From Azolla caroliniana (taxonomy: Eukaryota; Plantae; Polypodiophyta), in assembly GCA_043228905.1 (NCBI GenBank), contig JBHGNT010000014.1, positions 7,316,001 through 7,380,000 of the forward strand: a stretch of DNA of 64,000 bases. The letters run 5' to 3'. The number at the start of each line of letters is the position of its first letter. Position 1 is the stretch's first letter. This document shows, one piece after another, positions 36,441 through 47,000 of this stretch. The notes under the pieces are model-generated. The model had not been told where the DNA came from. It saw only the letters and a program-made list of their open reading frames with translations, and did not search any database. The position numbers and the translations under genes were made by a program.

Positions 36441-39400
36441 AAAGTGTTACCAGCCTAAGATAACACGGCGTCAAATCCTCCTTTGGGGTTCGACTCAAGG
36501 GGATGGTGGTCAGGGAAGGAGTGCGAAGGGTCGTACTCGTTGCTCAGATGGATGTGAGCAAGAATCGTTCTAGAGATCCCGATTCTTGGAGACCGTGGAG
36601 GTTTAAGCAGACAGTTACAACCAACCCATTACGCACTTAACACATAGAGTATGCAGACTCAACACAAATAAAGTTGAACACGAAATAAAGAAAACAACAC
36701 ATAGACAAACAGATTCTATATTCCAAAGCTCTTCATACAAAATTACGACTCTCTTTCTACAGGTTTTCCATGCCCTTTATATAGGGTCATGGGCAGTAAC
36801 GCATAGAGTGTGAACCGTTATCCCTCATCCATTTTACATCTTCTTTACTACTTTTCGGCCCCACCCGTCTTCTTCACTCAACCATAATCGTCCTTTTGTT
36901 TTTTCCCCATTTTGTTCCTTCCCACTTAGTCATCTAAGGTGGCCAACAACATGTCCGTAAAGGTCAACTCTTCCATTTGCTGGCCCATTACTTCAATCCA
37001 AAGGCCACCAATTGATCCCGCGACAAGAAGACGCCCGCTTGAGATAAGAGAGCCACATGTTGTGCTTGTCTAGAACTTGAAGAGAAAAATCAAGATCAAC
37101 CCACAAGCAACTGTTGTACCATTTTTAGTTATGGTAGACCCTAATTAATGTCTCATAGTTACAAACTTCAAGTATAGCTCTTTCGATGATTATACATATT
37201 ATGTCATTGGAGGATCTCATTCAACTGAAGCCCATTGACAACTAGTCAAATAATATCCTCTTACTCCATTCTTTAATTATGCAAAATGCAAAGTATATGC
37301 AGGTCTCACTCATGAAGAGGCCAAGTTGTTGGCTTGGGACCACAACAATGATAATGATTATAGACATAAGATGTCTTGTATTGAACACATCTAATTCTTT
37401 CACCATGACTACCTTGATGTGTTGCAAAGGTTTGGACCCAAGATGAACCCTGGTTTGCGCCGTCAGTGTCTGCTAGAGGTGGGGATTGCATTTGATGAGA
37501 GTACAAAATCAAAAGGTCTATGAAAATATGACTCGCGGTTTCAGCTAACATTTAGGACAAATGAGGTCTGGGATCTCCTAGACAAAATATTTAGCATGTG
37601 GGAGCGTAAAGAGGTGAAAGGTCAAAGGAAAAAGAAGGGCAAGTTAGATCCACATGTAGAAATCAAGACAAAGTCACATAAAAGTGACTCGGTTATTGAA
37701 GAGTTGATCGAAGATATGAGGCTGCTACCTTGGAGGTCATTGCAAGGAATTAAAGATGACAAGTTGTTAATATCTATACTTTCTCGAGGTGTTGCCAAGG
37801 AGTTCCGCTTAGACGAGATGATGACTGAGTTACAAAAATAAGTATTATTGATATGTTGCTCATATATTTTCTTGTTCTTTTGCTTTGATGACTAACTTCA
37901 CATTTCATATTTAATTCTTAGTCATAAAGTATACATGAAGATTCAAGAGTTGATGATGCACAAATTGAACTTGCCAACATGGGAAGAAGTGGAACAAGCT
38001 TGACCAACAACATCATCATATAAGGCTTTGGAAGAATTCTTTATTGTATTTAGAGAATGGGTATGTGTAATTTCAATTTGAATAGATTGAATTATTATGT
38101 TGTTTCCTTGCAAAATACATACTTGCAGAAACCACCTTGATCAAAGAAAGTCAGTGATAGTAATGAAGTCGTTCATCACACACTTAGAACGTGTTAAGTA
38201 CAAAAAGAGAATGACAAAGGGAAAGGAGTTGGAATTTCCGGAGAACTCGGAGACAATGAAAGTTTTTTGCATAGAGCTAATCCTTACAAACAATTACATT
38301 ATTATTACTGTATTCAATGAGGAAATGGCAAATATGCTCGAACTATTACCAAAAAGGCATTATACATTGCTTGTTGTTGACATACCATATGGATTCCAGA
38401 TCATGGGATCCATGTACGATAATGTGCCCTTCAAGTATCCCCAGATCAAGAAGATGGTAAAGGACTTCACAAAGTTGACCTTGGCACTATTATGGAGAAT
38501 CATCATATTTCATAGCATGGGTTAATCATTATCAGTGACAATTGCTCTGATCGCGATGTCATGCAACAGAACACTTGCATTGGTGAGTTACAAGTTGTTT
38601 TTTCACAATATGTTATTAAAAGTGTTGTTTTTATATGTTGTAAATTCCATTTTTAACCCTTTTGTCTAATGTCAATAGAATTAAAACAAATATGATACAT
38701 CTTTGTAGGGGTTATTATGATTCAATAACGAAGAAGAAGCATGGAGCACAAGTTAATGAAAGAAACGTTGTCAATCAATTCATGTGCCCAACTGTGAGGA
38801 AGAAGTGACAACATGTATCAGGTGATAAGAGTCTTGTTAACCCTTATCAAAAACCTCAAAGATTAATCAACCGTCTCATCAAGCTCTTCTCAAACCTAGA
38901 TGATTGGGTTCTAGATTTGTTCTCTAGCACATGTATATAATATAAGTTTAATCACATTTATTTAGATTAAATTATAGACTATACTTGTTATTTTGACGTG
39001 CGTACTTCCATTCCACTATTAGGGACTACTACAACCAGTGCATTAAAGATGTTCAAAAACTGTGGTGTATTGGAGAAGGACAATTAACAAGTAAACTTCA
39101 TCAAAATGACGATCCAAGGTATCTAGGACTATCCCAATCAAGATAGAGAAGTTGGAGCCAAGCACATCAATGAAATCGAAAGGTTTTAGTTGACTTCCAG
39201 AGAACCAATGGAACCAATAGATGAAGAAGCATGGAACCTTGCGGACCTGGAAGATGTATCAAAATCTGAACATATGCACAATTTAGCAGATCATACGGGC
39301 GATGCTAATGTGGACAATCTAAAACAATCAACTCTTCCTAAAGAGCCAACCACACCAGATTGATTGATTTAATCAATCTAGTATGGACTATAAGGATAAG

Positions 39401-40059
39401 TGTATAATTTGAACGATATTAAATGTTAAACTTTGACTTGTGACTTCTGTATAATTCGAACACTATTAATCCTTACAGTCTTCGTTTATTTCACCGTTGC
39501 ATTTCCTTACATGTTGAACAAAATGTTTTCCCCATCTTAGTTTGGTGTATTCATATCGCATTATACTTTGTCCTTCGTTCTAGTTTGATTGGATAGTTAA
39601 ATTTGTTCTATGATTTTACACATGGAAGGTGTCATATAACATTCGTTGCTAGGTTGTTGGTTTCAAGTTCGAACATTCTACATTTGAGATAATTGCCACC
39701 TTCATAAATAACTTTGAGATGTATTATATGTAAAATATACGATAAAATTTGCATTGTACCATTTCCAAAAGTGGGGTACTATTTTTATATTCGTCACAAT
39801 TACAATTAATATAGTTCAAGTTACATGGAATTCCATTCCTTAATTCAGAATTGGATACCAAAACAAGAGATATGAGGTTATTGATTTTCTTGTCATGAAA
39901 TGTTTTTGTTGAAAATTTTTGCTATGTTTTTAGAATCCATGTAAGCATGCATCATACCTTTTTGAAATTCGGGTTAAATAAGGCATATTCTAACATCTCC
40001 CCAAGATGTGAAAAGGAGAATGCCACATATTACTTGTTTCAAATGTCCCGTTATTTAAC

Positions 40060-40290
40060 TTTGACTATGGCCTATCTTCGACTATGGCCTAGCTTCTATT
40101 GTGGCCTATCTTTGACTCTAATCTATCTTCAACTTTGGCCTATCTTCGACTCTAGTGTATCTTCGACTCTCGCCTGTCTTTGAGTCTAGCCTAACTTCGA
40201 GTTTGACCTACCTTCGACTTTGTAGAGCCTTTGACCATGACAATCTTTTGACTCTACAGAGTCTCTGAGTTTGGCAATCTTTCAACTTTA
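40060..40290. repeat. Degenerate ~17-bp minisatellite (consensus about CTATCTTCGACTCTGGC)
   Basis: About 10-13 diverged tandem units visible directly. Confidence 0.75.
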
Positions 40291-41876
40291 ATAATAATTC
40301 CACATTGATAAGCCTTCGAGCCATCCATCCTCTCTGGTTCAAGTCCCCAGTGGTCTTGCTCAAGTAACACATGTATGCATGTAACTTCGCAACAACGCAA
40401 CTTCCATTTCACAATCTCACATCATGTGAGCAAGCATTTAACATGAAAACTTCTATATGATAGGGTAGTGAACATAGATGGACAAATTCTCCTCTATTTT
40501 GTAAACCAGAAATGAGTAAATATGTAGTTACTGCTTGTTGGTGGAGAGAGTAAAAATACCTCTTGAAAGTGTATTGAAAATGTGGCTCAAAAAAGAGAAA
40601 ATTAACTCTTGCAATAGCCAAACCGGAGTGGAGATTACCTCAATTGGCAAGTTCTTGCAAAAATTTACACAAAGAGGGGAACAACAAATGATTTCTACCA
40701 CTTTGATTTTGATGAACAAACGTTTTGGACACTCCCTTCGAAATATTTCACCAAGCCCTTCACTTTGGTACCATTGTTGGAGGGTGGCGGAGAAACGACT
40801 GAGTTGTTGTTTTCATCTATAGAGGAAAAATAGACAACATAGGAAAAACTAAAAAACTGATAGAGAAATGTACACAACTCACAAGAGAACTTTTTGGCGG
40901 CATCCAAAAAACCCTTAAAACCCTTACCAGGTTTTGAGTTATATACATACTAAGAAAATAGTGAGAATTACCTTTTTGGCTTTTCTCACTATGTATCAAC
41001 AAGCAAGGATGTACCATTAATGTCACATGCTACACATTAAACCCTTACATGTCAATTTGAACTTTGGTACAAACATTGTTACTTGCCGCCAAACCATAAT
41101 ATGTTGTTTAAGCGTTAATATCTAGTGGTTTTGAGGGTAATCTATAAATTGAGGCTAAGTCATACAAGGCCCTACAATCATGAACAGAGTAGCTAATAAG
41201 TGGTTCTCAAGGCTTCTCCATCGGCATATGGTGAGACACGACCAGTGGTACAAGTGAGGCTCTCCAGCAAATGTTGCCTAAAATTGTATTTCCGATGCAC
41301 ACTTGGACGCAACCTTTGTTTCATAGACTCGTTCTCTCATTCATGCATAATGTTGAGCCACCACACATACCTCTATGTACAACCACATCAAGACGTTTCT
41401 TCAACAAGAGTAATTTAGAATAACCACTAACGTTGAGGAAAAGGTTTGTCTCAGTTTTTTAAAACTATGAATTAAAGGTTCCAAATTTGTCATATATATA
41501 TATGTAGGGAACAAAAATTGAGATATCAATATGCAGACATTGTTTTGTTGGTACATACATGTTTTTGCTTTTGTCACAGCTTTCTTTCGAATGAAATGAA
41601 TACATATATATGGTACAAGTAATTTGGATCAACAGTGGAGGGAGGAAAAAGATATATGAAGTGGAGTGATCTTCTGTTGAAAAAATGAAAAGAAAACTGG
41701 GAGGAATGTTAAAGAAAAAAGAATGGGTCCTTCTGGTCCTGGGAGATCTTGGAATGGTTTAGGAGGAAGGCACATAAGAAATAGTTTAGGAGGAATATAG
41801 ACATGGCAGAAATAGTTTAGGAGGAGGGCACATAAGAAAAAGAGAGAAGAACAAAAAAGGTGAGGAATGGAGCGTT

Positions 41877-42812
41877 TTAAGTGTCACGGAGGAGTTTCCT
41901 CATACGCTCAAGTGTTACAAAGAGGATGATGGTGAAGGGTGCCTGCCTAAACATGGTGGGTAGCAACCCTTTGTACAGAGCCAATGGGCCTTCGAGCCGT
42001 ATCGTTTTCAACGCACAATCCAGAGGGCCAGTGTACGCACCCGCTGCCAGAATCTCGGCATTCCGGCTAGTATTTGTGCCAACACTCGCCACATTCATGT
42101 TCATGAGCCGCGTCTTGACGACATCAACGGGGTTGGATGTGAGTGATGCCGCGATGCCTGCAGCGACTGACGCGACCACATGGAGCATCAATCCATCGTC
42201 CATCATCCGATGCCTCACGATTTCCTCCTTCACCTGATCGTATGTCGCGAGCTGCGATGACGTGACCAGCATGGCACGCACTACCGTCAATGACCCTCCC
42301 CTCCACAACGCTCCAATGCCTTCTTCACGAGCCGTGCGCACGACTGCGTCGGCCACACTGCTGTAATTCCGACGTTTCGATGCCTCGAGACGGCCGTCAG
42401 CTTGCATTCTCACCATGGCCATGTCCGCAGGGTTCCCTACGGCCGCACCAATACCACCAGCCACTAACCCAACAACCACCTTCTTGTGAAGCCCTAACCC
42501 CCCTCCATCTCTTCTCTCCCATTTACTCTTCATCACGTCGTAAAGACCCATTCGAGTGGTGGAATATGTGGCTTGTCGTAGTAAAGTTGCTGATACGCCG
42601 GCGAACAATGCATTGATGCCTTCTGTTCTCAGGATTTGGGCCCCCATGGCAGTGGGACCGATGCGAGGAGGGGCATTATTGTGAAGGCCCATCATCCGGC
42701 CGCCACCTTCGCCTTGCAATTGCATCCTCACTTTGATTAGATCTAAGGGATGCGTGGTGCATCCCGCCACAATGGAAGCCACTCCGCCTTCCACGAATGC
42801 CTTCCACCCCAT
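41877..42812 (-). CDS. DIC: Mitochondrial dicarboxylate carrier / uncoupling protein 4-5-like (SLC25 family), 311 aa, intronless
   Basis: N-terminus MGWKAFVEGGVASIVAGCTTHPLDLIKVRMQ. Three carrier signature motifs (PLDLIKVR, PADMAMVR, PVDVVKTR). C-terminus RQAPFTIILFVTLE. Intact ORF. Confidence 0.95.
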   Translation of the reverse strand: MGWKAFVEGGVASIVAGCTTHPLDLIKVRMQLQGEGGGRMMGLHNNAPPRIGPTAMGAQILRTEGINALFAGVSATLLRQATYSTTRMGLYDVMKSKWERRDGGGLGLHKKVVVGLVAGGIGAAVGNPADMAMVRMQADGRLEASKRRNYSSVADAVVRTAREEGIGALWRGGSLTVVRAMLVTSSQLATYDQVKEEIVRHRMMDDGLMLHVVASVAAGIAASLTSNPVDVVKTRLMNMNVASVGTNTSRNAEILAAGAYTGPLDCALKTIRLEGPLALYKGLLPTMFRQAPFTIILFVTLERMRKLLRDT

Positions 42813-43644
42813 TTTGTTCCTTTCTAAGTCTCCTTCTCCTTCTCTAACTTATTTACTTCTTATTTTCTTCCGTCCTTTTCCTTTCTGATCTTCCGATCCG
42901 ATCCGATCCGAAACTACAGCAGCAGCAGGACCAGAAGCCAGGAGGCTCTGACAGACAGGGCCGGGCAGGGCGATCTCCTCGCTCCTGCGCTTTCTTTGGA
43001 TCGAAGAGACACCACACCAGAGCAGCGTTTACTTTGCAATGCATCATTCCTTTCATGCGATCCTTCCTTTTGACTCTACCCACCCCCCTTCCCCCTACTC
43101 TTCCTCCTCCCTCCTCTTCTTCTATTTTAATTTAGAGACCCACAGAGAAAAGAGCGAGCGCTAAACAACGTAACGTTATGTGTGTCCTCCTCCGGTTTCA
43201 CATCCCATCATGTGGGTCTTCTTCTGTCCTTCCAAACCAATGGAATTTGGCCACCCCAACTCGTTGACTAACAAGAAGCTCCACCAAACTTTCTAGTTTT
43301 CTATTGAAAGTATGCACATATGTATTGTACCCGACCAAACTTATGGCAATGCTGAAGATCTACATGCATACATATTTATTGAATATGAACCGGCACATGA
43401 GATTTCACAGATCGCTAGTTTTACGGGAAATGTTACTTTTTCCATATTTTAGATCAATCTAAAACACATTTACATTAGTAATAGTGAGTTACAATGCATG
43501 ACCAAAAGTGGTCATTTGCTACAAATGTAGTATTGTGTCAAAAACTACCATTCACCAACCCATTTTGATTGATGTAGATATGCTTGATGGTACCAAACAT
43601 GTCACGATACCTACAATGAAATGAAGGCACCCTAGCCCCAAATT

Positions 43645-43859
43645 TGTTAGGAATATGTCCCTCTTGTGGGAGGAGCAGACTATTCAACTCAGCAAGCGCT
43701 GACAGTCGAAGACATGAAGAGTTGATTAGGAGAGTTGACAACATTGTATATGAGATCCAAGTCAAAGACACGACCGACTAGTCGGGCCGACCAGATGATC
43801 GATGACAAGGCCGACTGGACAGTCAACATGGGAGTCGGTTGATTAACTCCTATTGATTG
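43645..43859 (+). mobile_element. Truncated LTR fragment related to the copia A LTR
   Basis: TGTTAGGAATATGTCCCTC matches the LTR start at 802 and shares GTCGGGCCG motifs. Confidence 0.65.
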
Positions 43860-44041
43860 TGTTGGGAAACATGTCCCTCCAAATGGGAAGAGCGAGAGTC
43901 GAATTGGTCGGATAGAGTCGATGAGTAATTCAGCCGAGGCCGAAAATCGAAAATCGATTATGTAGCTGATTCAAGAGACTATATTTGTAAATAGTCTAAA
44001 TGTGCCCCATGTGAGCGATAACTGTAAATAGCTAAAAATTT

Positions 44042-47000
44042 AGAAAAGAATGGTGTGCGGAAGCAATATAGGAAATCCGAACAACAGAAAACGCAGGTTT
44101 AATGGAAAGCTTAGGTTTACACAGTACGCATGGGAGAGATAGAGAGAGAGTAAACACTAGAACTTAATTAAAAAATATAATACTCAATCTGTACATAGGA
44201 TGTGCTCAGTGAGCACTTTTATACAAGCCCTGACAACAGGGCTAACACAAGTACTGACAGTACTTGACTACTCATAAATGAGCCTCGACTCTTACTCCCA
44301 AAACTATTCCTTACAAGGAATATCTTTCTAACGGCCTTTCGGTTTACGCACCGATACGACCTTCCTACGCACCGGTTTGCATACCGGTTTACACATCCGT
44401 TTTACGCACCAATACGGCCTTCCTACGCACCGGTTTGCATACCGGTTTACACATCCGTTTTACGCACCGGTCCGGCCTAACCGATTGGTCCCAACCGATC
44501 CAGCCGATGTTGAGCTTGTCTCTCAACACTCCCCCTCAAGCTCAACTTGAGGCTCTTCGGGATCTTCCGGATCACCGCTCCGGTTCCACCTGGCTCCACG
44601 CCTCGCTCGCGCTCTTCGGCTTGTTCGACTCCGCGCGCTTCGACCCTTCCGGTCGATACGGCCCTTCACAGCTCCCTTGCTGTCGCGGTGTTGGCGCTTT
44701 TCCTGCTGCCTTCTTTTCCGCTTGGCCCTCGGTCGATTTAGTGTATCCGAATCAAACATTCGAACCGACTCGGCTACCTCCGATCGGTTTTCGCTCTCAT
44801 CCGAGTTGGCAGTCTCCAACTCGTCTTCGGTCTTCTCACCCTTGACGATATCATCTCCCCCATGCTTGGTTGGCTCTGACGCTTTCTTTCGGCTGCTCCC
44901 CTTGTGGTCGCTTTTGGACTCTTCCGCGGATCCGCCCTCGGCTTCTTCAGCCGAACCAAAATCGAATTCGTCATCCGACTCGGCGTCGCGGTCTTCTCGC
45001 TCCCCCCCCTTCCGTCGGCGTCTTCTCTCCCCCTCAAGTTCGGCATATCGAGGTGACGCAACCCAAGCACACCCGAGAATTGCCGCAACTTGTCCAGTCC
45101 AAGAGTCTTGGTGAAGATGTCGGCGGTCTGCCGATCCGTCGGAACATACTGAAGTTCGACTTCACCAGAAAGGACACGCTCACGGACAAAATGGTAGTGC
45201 ACCTCAATGTGCTCGTGGAAAACGGGGTTCTTTGCGAGCTGGATGTTGTTTAGGTTGTCGCAGTAGATCATCGTCAGATCGGACACCTCCACCTGCAGAT
45301 CCTTAAGTAGTTGCTTCAAACATATGGCTTCACATGTCGCGATAGCCGCTCCTCGGTACTCAGCTTCGGTGCTCGATAATGCAACTGTCAGCTGCTTCTT
45401 ACTGCTCCACGCTATCGCGACACTTCCAAGAGAGAACGCGTATCCGGACGTGGATCGGCGATCGACGACGTTGCCGGCCCAGTCGGCATCGGTGTAGTCG
45501 ACCAACTGCGGGGTTGTACCGGTCTGATATAGCAGTCCCCGGTCCTTAGTACCGCTTACGTACCGCAGTACGCGTTGCGCACACTGAAGGTGCTCCTCGG
45601 TAGGTCGCCCCATGAACTAACTGATCACCCCGACTGGATAACTGAGGTCGGGTCGGGTGATTGTCAAGTAGATAAGGCTTCCGACAATCTGTCGGAACCT
45701 CGTCGGGCCGCATACCTTGCCGGAATTGGGGCTAAGCTTGACGGTTCTATCAAGACGAGTCGAGACGGACTTACAGTCTGCCATCCCGAATTTGAAGAGC
45801 ATATTCAGCGCGTAATGACGTTGGCTGATCAGTATGCCTTCGGGGGTGCGGATCACTTCGATCCCGAGGAAGTAATGAAGGTCCCCCAGATCCTTCATGT
45901 CGAATGATGCCGCAAGCTGGAGCTTCACGCGGTCAATTTCACCTAGGTCGGCGCCGGTGATGACCAAGTCATCAGCATAGAGTAAAATACTGACTGGCCC
46001 GAGTCGACCTTTCCAAACGAACAGTGAGGAGTCCGATTTTGACGTCACAAAACCTAACAGACGCAGACGATGCGTGATCTTCGCGTTCCAGGCATGCGGG
46101 GCTTGCTTCAGTCCGTAAAGGGACTTCTTCAATCGGCACACCGCCGAAGTGTTCGTTCCGAAGTGAAATCCGGGGGGTTGTACCATGTACACATGTTCCT
46201 CAAGCTCACCTTGCAGGAACGCATTCTTTACATCCATCTGATGTAAGTTCCACCCCTTGGCCGCGGCTACCGCGAACAAAACACGGACGATCGTCATCTT
46301 CGCGATCGGCGCAAACGTCTCATCGTAATCGATGTCGTGTTTCTGCGCGTAGCCTTTTGCCATTAACAGGGCCTTGTATCGGTTGACCGAGCCGTTGGTG
46401 TTGTACTTGACCTTGTACACCCACCTACATCCGATCGGCTTCACACCCTTCGGTGCGTCAACCAGGTCCTAGGTCTCGTTTTCTGCCAATGGGTGCATCT
46501 CTTCCTCCATCGCGGTGCGCCAATTCGTGTCCTTCGCCGCTTCTGCGTAGCTCTCCGGCTCACGCACTTCCACTACACGGGTCATGTACGCGTAATGATG
46601 CGCCATGTACTCGTTGTATCCGAACTGCACAACTGGGTTCTTTTGGCGGGTAAATCGGCGTAATCAGTCATTAGCCGATGTCGAGGTCTTCTCAGCTGAC
46701 GCGGACTTCGCTCTTGAAGACCCATCACCGCTTCCCTCGGAGTCGGACTCGCGTCAGTCTAACTCGTTCCTATCCGTGCCGGAATCCGACACCTTCTTCT
46801 TCCCTTTCTCTTTGCGCGTAAGCCGTCTCCTCAGTTCCTGAGTGGGGAATGCACGGCCGAGTCTCCACTACTCGCCGGCTCTTCATCAGATTGGTCGTAC
46901 CGACTCAATCGTTCATTCGGTCCCGATTTCAAGGTCATCCGGAGACATCTCGGCCTCGCTGACCTCATCGTCAGAACTCGGATTGGAAGTGAGCTCCGGA

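Larger units (their letters stand above)
24120..36948 (-). mobile_element. Small non-coding (TRIM-like) LTR element whose 3' LTR is interrupted by copia D
   Basis: 5' LTR 36445-36948; 3' LTR 24120-24136 plus 35643-36145; internal region about 300 bp. CCTATATAAAGGG TATA box on the minus strand near 36773-36785. Flanks actag/acatg match poorly. Confidence 0.8.
23882..39363 (+). pseudogene. Intron-containing ParB-like domain plus beta-class DNA amino-methyltransferase (N6A/N4C) pseudogene, split by nested LTR elements (pieces about 23882-24119 and 36949-39363)
   Basis: ParB-like segment PFLVMVDP...YYVIGGSHSTEA...VYAGLTHEEAKLLAWDHN (37110-37350). Motif IV LLVVDIPYG (38379-38390), then NPYQKPQRLINRLIKLFSNLDDWVLDLFSST|GTTTTSALKMFKNCGVLEKD (38839-39081). 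Short AT-rich GT-AG introns, e.g. 38933-39022. Several premature stops. Confidence 0.75.

Noticed and set aside
40400-41420. Short ORFs between the minisatellite and DIC
   Set aside because: AT-rich with no recognisable domains; left unassigned.
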